Shown here piece by piece: positions 21,672 to 32,142 of a DNA stretch of 64,000 nucleotides. Location: contig OZ237747.1 in NCBI GenBank assembly GCA_965178125.1, positions 992,001 through 1,056,000 on the forward strand. The letters run 5' to 3'. This DNA is from Bilabrum cf. latius (Eukaryota). Numbering within the stretch: the first letter of the stretch is position 1; each line of letters starts with the position of its first letter. A program made the translations under genes and the position numbers. The notes under the pieces are model-generated. The model made no database searches. It saw only the letters and a list, made by a program, of their open reading frames with translations, and was not told the DNA's origin.

Positions 21672-24600
21672 TCACCCGAGCGGTCCAAGCACGCTGCCGA
21701 ACTCATGCGCAACAGCAATCGAGTCGCCCAAGTTCAGCACCGCGTGCGATGACCCATGAGGCACGATCACCACATCCCCTTCGCGCTGCAGGCAGACACC
21801 AGCCATCGGCGTCCGCAGCGGCCCCGCAGACGACGGCAACGCCTCAGCTGTGGGTCCACCGACGTGCCCGAAAGTGCGCGCCACAGCTACCACGCCTGGG
21901 TGCATCAGCACCTACATGGCCAGCAGGCGGGCCAGCTGCCGTGCATCGCACTTCTGCCCGCTGCTGGTCGAGTCAACCTCGGTTGTGTTCTCGTTCCCTC
22001 CACCAGTGACTCGCATCATTTCTCCGATCTTGCAGCCTGGCGTAGAATCACGAGAGCAGAACCTGCACAGCCGCAGCAGCTGCTTCGGCGACACACGGCC
22101 ATCGCGTTTCGTCCAGTGGTGCAGCCCGGTTCCACATGGCAGCGCGCACGTAAAGAAATCTACCGACGGCATGTTGGAATACAAACCCACGACAGGCGGA
22201 GCCACCCACCACAGCTTCATCCCCCGCAGCAACGCGTTCGCTGCGTGCTTGTGGGTATGAGGCGGTGCACCGCTCCCTGCTGGCCCGACCGCCAGCTACG
22301 GGCGCGTCTGCGCCGTCATCGTGAACCTCGTGCTGCTGTGCGGTGCGCCTGGCTCGCTGGTATTGATACCGTGGCCCTGTACGGTACTTGACGATATCGC
22401 AGTGCTGATGCAGGGCAATGGGTGCGGCACTACTCTCGACAATACCGGGATACTATTTTGCGTGTGCTTCTGGTGCTTATCATCAGCATCATGCAATGTT
22501 CCGTGCGCACGGTGGGTGCGAGTGTGATCAAAGAGGTACATTGGCGGCTATGGCAGCGCACCTGCTGTTTTTGCACCGGTGGTGCTCAAGCAGCTGCTTC
22601 CTGCGCCAGTACCAACACAATGTGCCTGCTGCTGCTGCTCCTGCTGCGAATACTGCTCATGCGACGATGTCTGCTGCTGCATCGGCCCCTGCAGCAGTCT
22701 AGTCCAACTGCCGTCGGCGCTGATATCGCGCACTACGCCCGCATTATCTGGGTACAATAGCCTAGGAGTGTGTTCCATCATGAACTGCCCCATTGTCGTG
22801 GTTGCTGCCGAGCTTCCAGAGGCTTGCCCCGCGGCCGCGACGCTTGGCTGGTCGGCAGCGTATGGGACGGTCCCCACTGCGTAGGACTGGCTGGCGCTAT
22901 CCAAGACCTCTGACATCTTGCCAACATCCAGAACAGTGTGATCGAAGAATAGCGCGCTTCGGTCATTAACCGCTGCGTTGCCAGGCGTAGTCATAGTCAC
23001 ACCAACATGCCCCTCCACGGCTGCTCGACCGGCCACTGCACTTGTTATTCGAGCACCGCCTCGCACGAGCACTGGCATGCCGCGGGCGAGTGATGACACC
23101 ACCGTCCTCGCCACAGATGTTTGTTCTGCAGATCTTGATCGAGAGGACCCGTCAATTGTCACCGCGCTACAAGGGAACGCAGCTTCGAAGGGATCGGCTG
23201 CCATGTCAACATTAGATAATGCAGATCCATTCGGTGAAGCTTTGAAGCCCTCAAGTTCTAGCCGCTGTGCCAATGCAAGCGGCTCTAAAGCAACTCCAAT
23301 TCGCTGCTAAAGTCTGCCGCTGCTGGTGGCAACACCACTTTGTTCGGGAATGGAGTCTTGTAGATCAGCGCTCTGTGAAGGTCGAGGCGCTGGATCGGGA
23401 TCGGACACATCTGCCTGGGATATCCCGGCGAGCTGAAGCAGCTGGCCCGCTAGCACCGAGTCCCCGCTGGCAGCAGCAGCTTCAGCTGGGGTGCGTCCCA
23501 CACAGTCGCGCTCCTAGGCTGCGCGAGCTGCACCCGACTGCGTGCCACCCATCGCAAGCATGGCGACGGCGGCGCGGTTGCCCGACCTCGCGGCCAGATG
23601 CAGCGCATTGCCGCACCACGGCGCGGACACTGCAGTAGAGTTACTCGGATGTATGACGCTCCGGTCCGATGTGAGGTTATCTATCACCGTTGCAGGCCCA
23701 CTGTCGGTGGCACGCGTCGACTGCGCAGTGGCAGCAAGCACTATGCGGACTGCTGCAGCGGTGGCAGCATTCGCCAGCTCTGAGGCAATCTTCCATGGGA
23801 GCATGTTGCCTTGTGGCCCACTTGTACTACGCGGGTCACGATCAGACGCCTTCTTGCTGGCAGCCTTCTCGGAGTTGTGTGCAGGCTGCACCGCCAGTCC
23901 CGGCAACCGCAGAAGCGGCAGTGTCGTATCGTCCGCTTGATTACCGACAGAAAGATCCGCTGTGGCACCGACTGCAGCGGCATGAAATGTCCTAGCAAGC
24001 GCTGACTTGGTTCGAAGGAAAGCATCGCGCCTCTCAGCACGGAGCGTGCTCGCGCTCGCAGCGCCCTGCCCCTGACTCGTTTGAAGATGGCCGGGAAGGC
24101 GGAGGCTGGCGCAGGCACGGCGGATGGATTGGGCTGTAGCTCGGGGCAGGATCTCTGGAAGTGCAGTGCACTGCTACGAGATCCATGCCTGGTTCGAGAG
24201 GGCCTACTCCCTGCTGGGTGAGGGAGACAGGAGCCTCTTGACGATAGATAGCTGAAGCGCAGGTGCCGCTCTCAAGATGGCATGGATCACGCCCCCACCG
24301 CCTGCGAGCTCGCACGCCAGTCCCCTCGCCAAGTTTGGCAGCGTCAGTGGTTGGCCCGGCGCGAAACCTGCTGCGGTCGGGCCCGCGCGCCCCAGCGTGC
24401 TACCATCCCCAGCACCTCTCAGCAGGCAGGGCCAGCAGCCAGACGACATACCAAATTCATCAATGTCCTCATTGGTTCCACCGCTGCTCGTGTCTGCTGT
24501 CGCGATGGAAGGGGATTCTGGCGGACATCCCGCTTGGACTAGCGCCTGCAGCGCGGACGGCTGCATACTTGCTGCAGCCAAAACAATCGCGGCCCATTGA

Positions 24601-24896
24601 ATGCCTATATCTAAGCATTGCCCGGACGCAGACTTCGAGCAGCATAACTACGATATCTGGACCCAATCTATTGCGCGACGCTCGGACGGCTGTTTCACAT
24701 ATCCAGCGATTTGGCTGGCAGCCACCACAGAAGGTGGCAACATGACGCCTCTCTGCATCGCAAGTGTATAAAGTTCGCCAGCGATCCGCACCTCCGGTCT
24801 ACCTGCGCGAATTGCGCGGCCAGTAGCTGGAGCGCATAGCACCAGGGCAATCAACACAATCAGCATCGCTCGAGCCAGTTTGTAGCTGCCCGTCAT
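21672..24896 (-). CDS. Secreted ankyrin + JmjC (JMJD8-like cupin) domain protein (~1070 aa)
   Basis: One frame with 8 TAGs (24648, 24204, 24174, 23514, 23307, 22548, 22296, 21912) and no TAA/TGA until TGA 21672. Signal peptide MLIVLIALVLCAPATG; ankyrin-like GNALHLAARSGNRAAVAMLA; JmjC (TAG)LAVGPAGSGAPPHTH..A.NALLRG.K.W...PP and CLQREGDVVIVPHGSSHAVLNLGDSIAVAHEF. Confidence 0.88.
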
Positions 24897-25038
24897 CTAC
24901 AATTAAAGCCGGACAAGGAGCCAACTCGATTTGTCATGTATTCTGCTTTATTCCGAACTTGCAGGGAGGCGACCAAATTGGGCTCTCGTTTCCGGTCTCG
25001 TTGCCGGCGACGCCAACATGCACAGTCACAACGTAAAT

Positions 25039-25692
25039 ATGGAGTTGGACACGAGCACCACTTTATCAATAGTCTCAGTTTTTCTGTGTCATATCTGGTG
25101 GTGGGTAGCGCTCTCTGCCATGAGAATAGCTTAGTTCGGTGTCGATTCGTAGCCCGAGCGTGAGGCACCAGCAGTCCGTATAGCAATCAGGGCATGCCCG
25201 CAATAGCAAAAAATGATTTATCACAAACTAGCCAGCGAATAGCGTGGATTACGTGTTCGGAAGCCATGTTGACCGACTGGGTGACGTGTCGCTGCTTCCT
25301 GATGATGCCCTCACGTTATTCCCGCAGATGCCAACGCCAACCCTGGGACTGCGCTGAGCACAGGCTAGCCAAGTTCGGTGAAGTACGATAACTCAAATCC
25401 GACTGAAAGCAAGAAAGCTCTGACCGGTTGGGGGAAAAGGGCTTTGAACACTATGAACAACCATGCCGAACAATTTGGATTCTTCGCAGCCGCAGTGGCT
25501 CTCTCCATTGCGACAAGGGGGCCTAACAATGGTTCCTGGATTGTATCTGGTATTGGGCTAGGGTATGCCTCGTGCAGGCTTGCGCATCTGCTTTGCTACA
25601 TCTACGACTTGGCTTCGCTCAGGTCGATTGTTTTCTTCATCGGCGCCCTGGCTGTTATAGCAATGTACATTGTTGTGCTGATTGGAGAGTGA
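25039..25692 (+). CDS. MAPEG family membrane protein (join 25039-25138, 25328-25692)
   Basis: YDNSNP...WGKRALNTMNNHAEQFGFFAAAV...YASCRLAHLLCYIYDLASLRSIVF is MAPEG-like. The first TM helix lies in an upstream exon, joined by a phase-compatible GT..CAG intron 25139-25327. In-frame TAGs at 25132 and 25366; ends TGA. Confidence 0.8.
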
Positions 25693-25924
25693 ACTGTTGA
25701 CTGTAGTATAGATCTTAATTGCCGGCACAGCTCCCGCGTGCAGCGCAGCATGACGCAGCTACGCACACACGAATCAAGAACCATGTACCGGCTGCTCACG
25801 CAGCAACGTGAGTTTGCACGCCGCAGCTGCAAGAAAGCACGGGATGAAACATCCAACCAAATTGCATCGCATGCACAGTTGCTGGCACCAGCGTCATGCC
25901 GCTTTCAACGCGCACGCCTCGCGA

Positions 25925-26548
25925 TCAAAACGGGCTGATGCGCCGGAAGATCTTCTGGCCCCTCGCAGCATGGAAGAATGCGGCACCCACGTGGATTGGC
26001 AGGAAGTACTCTAGGCCCTGTCCAACCAGCTTGTGCGCCTTGAACGCGTTTTTGGCGATATCCCCGCGCTTCTGGTCTCCCTTGGCCCCTGGGATAGTCG
26101 TTGTCCAGAATGGCAGGCCCTTGCCGCCAAAGTATCCCATGGCAACACCGGTGGCGGGCATCGCGATCAGCATGCCATACAGAGCAATATGGGACGCATT
26201 CGCTGCCATGTGCTCGATGGCAGATCCGGGCAGGGCCGCCGGGATCTTGGACGCGAGCCGGATGCCAACGCGTGCTGGAACCAGGACTGCCAACGTTGTC
26301 CCCAAAGACTTGTGGATCCACATCATCTGGCCCTTCAACTTCTTATCCTTGCTGTTCATCTGAACTTGCACGGTACCAATGCAGCCCAAAGTTCCAGCAG
26401 CAATGACCCAGTGCATCCACGACAGTGGCTTCGAGTACCTCTCCTCCACAGTGGTTCCCTCTGACATAAACCTCTTCTTTGCACCCGCAGCTGCCCGCTA
26501 GAACGCAGGCACCACTCTTCCTCTCGCTACGGTGACGAGCTTCTGCAT
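25925..26548 (-). CDS. Bacterial-type cytochrome b561 (CybB/YceJ family) with mitochondrial-like presequence (207 aa)
   Basis: RYSKPLSWMHW, WIHKSLG, HIALYGMLIAMPATG and AHK...IHVGAAFFH...IFRRI give the four heme His. The upstream in-frame extension is MQKLVTVARGRVVPAF(TAG)RAAAGAKKRF-MS. Ends TGA. Confidence 0.88.
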
Positions 26549-27401
26549 TGTGTCGATAGTAGGATGAAGTTACCTTTGGAACGTTTCAGCCGAATATCTG
26601 TATAAATTTCTGTAGCGTGCTTTTTCCATTGCAGAGCGTGGCCGCGGGCGGGCAACTTGCAAGCGTCAATCCACTGGCTGCAAGAATGCAAAAGGTCTCA
26701 GACGCCACACCTACTGCATACATGCAGATATATTTCACTCCCTGAGGGTTTATTGCTACGCTTGACAGCCTCTCAATGGAGAAGGAATCCCCTGCTGGCC
26801 GGTCACTGCATGATCTTGGGTGGAGGCCCTTACAGGCTCGCGTGGGCCAGTCACTGGCAGGGTTTAGCGAGCAGAAGAGGTGCGGCGTTCTCCCTGCTAA
26901 ACGCCCTCGCTACATTGGACAAAGCGGGCAATCTCCGTGCTGCCACTCCGCTGATTCCCACTGCAAGTATGTATGCTGGGCTGGCAGCGCGATAGTCTAC
27001 TACCTCGCTACTGAAGCAGATCTAGTCGATCCGACCATGACATGAGACTCTGTCTGTACCGGACTTCAGGCTCCCACCCATAGACCATTTTTGGTCTACT
27101 AGTCCGCTTCAACTCCGCCCAAAAAGGGTGAAACTATGCTGGTGCCCTTGCTTGGCTGCCCGGGGGTTGCCCCCATCTCGACCAGTAGTTGCCTAGCTTC
27201 ACCCATGCAAACGGAGGCTGGGCGCACACCGACTGGACACGATCACGCACGATCGGTCATGGAGGCGAGGCGAGGCGCTGCGGCGCCCCATCCATCTGCT
27301 CTGGTTTGGCGCTGTCTGCAAATCGGCAAGGCCATGCCAGGCCCGGCCTAGCCCTCTCGCTGCTGTACTCCAGCGAGTGCACCTGGATCTGTGCGGTCCT
27401 C

Positions 27402-28285
27402 TCACTTGCCACCTCCCGGCGGAGGCTTTGGTGCGTCAGGTAGTGGGGGCAGCGGCTTTGCCTGCCCCGTCAGGACGTCGAACCTTTGCCCCGAGGAAAC
27501 CGCTTGCAGGTGCTGTGCGCGCATCGCTGCCCTGTACTTGACGCGGTCGTCCTGGTAGCGGAGCTTGTCCCCGCCCTCGCCCGAGCGATACTGCAGAGTG
27601 ACGAAGTCGTAGGGCATGCTTCCGACGTTCTTCGCCGCCTTGCCCCCGTCCTCTCGCATGCGGCGGACCCGCTCCTCTTCCTCCTTCTTGGCCTCGTCCA
27701 TGCGCTTCCAGCGAAGCTCCTCCCTCTGCCGACTCTCCTCCCGTCGCCGCAAAACTGCCGCTGCTTTTCTGGCGGCCTGTTCTTCGCGCTGCAGCTTGGC
27801 TTCGCCAGCAACATCTGTGATGAACCTCTCGCTTTCGGGCATGTATCCCGCAGAATCGGCGCCGGCGGCCGACCCAGCCACATTGCCAGGATCTGCATAC
27901 CGCTCGAAGCCACCCACTCGCTGCAAAATTAAATAGGAAATAGCCGGAATTATGCAGCGAGTTTGAGTTTTCGGGATTTTGTAGCGCAGGGGAGCGAATG
28001 GAATGGAAAGCAGCTCACCGATGCGAGCCTCGCTTTTTCCAGGCTTTCTTTGTCGAGAACAGCTCGTCGCTCCGATCTTTTTCTAGGTTTCAAATTATGA
28101 AACCGGACCCAGTCTCCGCCGTCGCTTCCTGGTGCTCCCCCGTAGCCGCCAGCGGGCAACTCGGCAATCGGAATGGGGCCGACATGAGGTACTCTCCGGT
28201 CCTATCTGCGAGCTTCTGGGGCTGCACCGTAGCCAAATTCTTTATTTCCACTCAATGGGTCATCTCCCCGGCTTCTACCGTACAT
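27402..28285 (-). CDS. Hypothetical coiled-coil protein (join 28019-28285, 27402-27920)
   Basis: A GTGAG...TTTTGCAG intron 27921-28018 joins KARLAS|RVGGF in frame. ATG 28285, TAG at 28202, TGA end. The C-terminal PYDFVTLQY...FDVLTG looks conserved but I cannot assign it. Confidence 0.7.
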
Positions 28286-28426
28286 CAGATCTGTCAGAAT
28301 GAAAAAATGAGCCGTTGCGCCGTTGGCCTCTAATTATGAAGATGACCGCGTGGAATATCCGCGCATGCACAAATGAGGAGCGGCGAGGGGCCTGCCGGCA
28401 AGATATTCAGCATTTCATTACGATTT

Positions 28427-29662
28427 TCAATCAGGGGCAACGATCCACCTCTCGCACGGCAGCCCAAGCCGGTAGCAGACCAGCCGCATGAAGTACGTCC
28501 GGAAAGTGAGGTGGTCGTCGTTCACTCGCGACACGCCCACGCCCCCCTCCACCATCTCTTCGCTCCCCAGCTCCAGCAGGGCACCCCTCCACGCCCTGTT
28601 CAGCTTGCCCCCGGACTCCTTGATGGACAGCAGCGACAGCAGCAGGTCCTCCCCGTGCCCCCACGGCTTCTGGTGCACCAGGGTGTCCTCAAGGGCGAGC
28701 ACGTGGGCAAAGTACTGGTGCGCCCGGCTCCGGTCGAACATCACTAGCCGTGTGACGAGTATTGGGCAGGCGTGCTGGATGTCCTCCTCGCTCCTCTCTG
28801 CGGGCGGCTTGTACCCCGGACCCACGGGCGTGGCAGGCACGGACACGTCGCGGTGTGACGAGTGTGTCGCGCCCGGCGGAGCACTGCGGTGTGACGAGCG
28901 TTCCCTGCTCCAGGACAACTGCTCGGCCACCACTCCCGGGGTCGCCTTCCAGTCGTTCCAGAAGTACCGGTACGAATCGGCGCCCGGTGCCGTTGGTAGA
29001 TCACTGGAACCCACAGGCACGTCTCCAGCGTCTGAAGGAACAGGCCCCCTGCATTGAACCCCGTGCACCCGATCGGGTTCCGCGGCCCACCGGTTGTAAA
29101 GTTCCCTCACGGTCGCTTCGGAAAGGAGCATGTCGTCGTCTTGAGTGAGCACAGCTCTCGTGCGCGCCAGCGTGGCTGCGAAGAAACGGTTATTCCCGAT
29201 GCCGAGGTTCCGGGAGGAGTCTATTATGGTGACACGGTCGTCGCCACCCTACCACGTCGAAGACGTGGCCGACAGATCGTCGCGAGGCGAGTTGTTCATG
29301 ATTATAATGTCCTAAATGAGCTCGCGCGGCATGCTTTGGTACCGAGATAGGATACGGCGCATATGGTGCGGTCTTTTATAGTTGAGTAGTACTACAGTAA
29401 TTCCTTGTTCCCGTACCGCGGCCCCCGGGCCGCCTACTGTTGCCGCAAGGCCTGGTCCATCAATCGCGGCAGCGACCGATTTAGCAGGTGAAGCCGAGCG
29501 CAGGATGTTCCACTCCGCATACTGCAAGAAAATTGGCCCGACAGTTCTCCAGTAAATGGACGTTAAGACTGGTAGCAGCATCACACCGAGCACACAGCAG
29601 CACAAGGCGCCGGCAGCGAATGACGGCAGCTGAGTGCTGGACACCGCCGATCCTCCATGCAT
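28427..29662 (-). CDS. Glycosyltransferase family 64 (EXTL2-like), type II membrane protein (411 aa)
   Basis: N-terminal TM, then ITVVLLNYKR...I(TAG)DIIIMNN...GNNRFF...TRAVLTQDDD...GEDLLLS. Two ORFs in the same frame are joined across two TAGs. Ends TGA. Confidence 0.85.
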
Positions 29663-29885
29663 TTTACTGCCCTACCTCGGCATATATAGCTATTTACGAC
29701 TATCTGCGTTAGCATTGTGCTATTTTCTGTGGCGATACATTCAAAATTGGCTCGAGGAGCTATCGAGCGTCCGAACCCCTGACGAAAATTCCTCAAGGTG
29801 GCGCCGCGCAGGCCTCAGGCTTTTACGGAACCTATATACGAACTGACCCCGAAGGACCACAAGTACTCAGGTCAATTTCAGAGGA

Positions 29886-30578
29886 ATGTCAAACCAATCC
29901 TACCTTCCAGCAAAGGAGAACCGCTATACAAGGTATTCAACACAATCCAAGTCCAAGTGGGGCCTCGGAGGCACACTGAAGCGCACGCTTAGCAGGTTTA
30001 CGTCGACATCGGGATATGCCACCTTCCGAAAATGCAATAGCAGCATCAGGGAGTACGCTAGGGAAGAGTTGGGCTTAGCTACTACTTCAACTGCTACTAT
30101 TTCGGAGACTGATGACTACAGAGAAGCAGCGCCAGCTTCAGATTGCCACCGGGTGGAAACTACGACACGTCGAAGCAAAAAGGGGAAGCTGCCATCTCTT
30201 CCCGTGGAAACGCTAGCTATGCGGCTGCAGCGTGAAGAGAAGAAGCCATTTCTACCCAACATTGTATCCCCTGCCGTGAGGAGCTGTACCGCCGTTGTGC
30301 GTTCGGACGATGGTCTGAGCCGACAGAGATTGGAGAGCAAAGCGATTCTGGAGGAATTTCGGCGCGATGTCACCCAAATGGAGCGAGCTGATACGGTATC
30401 TCGGGAGTCTACAAGAGAGATAGAGTCCTTTGCTTCCGATTGCCTGGAGGAATTGAGTGGCGTTTCCGTTGGGTGCGATACGGATCGACCGAGCGTCTCT
30501 TCACCCGCCGGTGTTGCAACGCAGGGACCATGGGTGGGGTTTAGTCGGCGACAGCCGCTTGGTCCTATTCGAATGTAA
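29886..30578 (+). CDS. Hypothetical protein (230 aa)
   Basis: ATG-TAA ORF that shares a motif with the downstream gene. Confidence 0.6.
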   Translation: MSNQSYLPAKENRYTRYSTQSKSKWGLGGTLKRTLSRFTSTSGYATFRKCNSSIREYAREELGLATTSTATISETDDYREAAPASDCHRVETTTRRSKKGKLPSLPVETLAMRLQREEKKPFLPNIVSPAVRSCTAVVRSDDGLSRQRLESKAILEEFRRDVTQMERADTVSRESTREIESFASDCLEELSGVSVGCDTDRPSVSSPAGVATQGPWVGFSRRQPLGPIRM

Positions 30579-30937
30579 TTAAATTCAGTATACAACTATA
30601 TCAAGCAGTGACTACTGTGCGCAAATCCAGTCTGTGTTCATCGAAATCCACAGTGTTCTGCGTCCACCCGAGTGAGGATTCGGCCCGGCCCGGGGAGGCG
30701 CTGCCGTCGTCGCTGGCGGCGTGACGAGTCGCCCGAGCGATGCGAATGGGTGGATGAGTTGCAGACGCGTTCACCGCACGGCATCGATACCAAACTTCTC
30801 GGCGCCTGTTGCAAGAGCATCAGGCCATCATCTGATATCGTATTTGACAGTGGTAGAGCTGCTCCAGACCGAACTGCTCCATCCTTCGCCGACTTGGCCA
30901 GCCAGAGGCCTCTTCGCGAGGAAGCAAAGCCAGGGAC

Positions 30938-31537
30938 ATGGAAGAAGATGAAAGAGTGGAGCTTACATTGAGCAATAGTTTTGACATCTCTGAAATGGAT
31001 GCCCTCCCGGAGATAGAGCCGGCGGCGGTAGGGTGTGAGGAGGTTGGGGGTGAAGAAGCTCTGCGAAGCGTGCGAGGCAACCAGCTGCCAAGCCTGCCAG
31101 CGACTGCACCATCCACGCGATCGGTGGAAGAGTAGGAGCACCGGGCTCAATCATGGTCTATCCAGCCGGCAGGGCGCAGCCAAACTGCTTTGGTGCGTCT
31201 GGAGGACGGTCTGAGCCGGTGGAAAGGCAACAGTGAGGCGGTTTTGAGGAGCTTCCGGCGGGACGTACTGGACATAGAGAGGAGTTAGGGCAGAGCATTT
31301 CGAAGATTCAGACCAGCTCCTATGGCTGAAACGGCTGGATCGGGCGAAATCTCCGTAGGGGATGGAGGGTACCTCGGGCAAGACGCCAACCAGACCACCG
31401 CAGGCGCTGCGTGCGGCACAACTGCAAGTGCCCACCTATCAGCCGCGGCTGGACAATCCAGCCTCGCATCAGCGGAGGAAAAGCCAGGACAAGCAGAACT
31501 GCGGGCGAATATATCCATCGGTAATACAGAATTATAA
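30938..31537 (+). CDS. Hypothetical protein, diverged paralog of 29886-30578 (5' end uncertain)
   Basis: ORFs 30938-31135 and 31322-31537 are joined across two TAGs. The intervening read-through segment matches the upstream gene. Ends TAA. Confidence 0.55.
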
Positions 31538-31677
31538 TGCTTGAAGCTACTCGTGTTTATTTTGCGTTTCAAGGCGCGATTCAAGGTATCACCCACGTGC
31601 GCGCTCACTGCCAGCACTGCCCTGCTCGTGCTCGCTTCGTGGGATCTGTGCGTGAAATCCGGATGGAGAGCCAATAC

Positions 31678-32110
31678 TCACACACCCACGCCAGCTACAG
31701 CAGATTTCCGCGGCCTCAACCGGATTCGCCGCGCCCCGCCCACGGAAGCACCCAACGACTCGGTTGCGGTTGCAGCCAGGCCTGCTGCTGCCCCAGCCGC
31801 CGCAGCTTGGCCGACCTTGCCCGATGGACTTGCTGCAGCCACTGCGTTTTCTTTCACAGCGCTACTGCCAAGTGGCACTCGCTTCGACGGCTGCTGCTGC
31901 AGGTGCTGCGATTGCCCAACCGCCGTCGTCGCGGTGCCCTCCGGCTTGCCCTCGACCTCGGCAGCGGCAGGTGACCCTCCTGCAGCAGCAGCAGCAGCGG
32001 TGGCGGCGGCGCTAGGCACATGCGAGACTCGAGAGGAGGACGATAAGGGGGCCCTGGTTCTCGAGCGGCGGGCAGCAGCAGCAGATGCATGTCGGTGGCG
32101 CTGCCTGCGC

Positions 32111-32142
<32 letters not shown>

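Noticed and set aside
26600-27350. Short plus-strand ORFs between the cytochrome b561 gene and the next gene
   Set aside because: They show no recognisable domain or consistent frame, so I cannot support a gene call.
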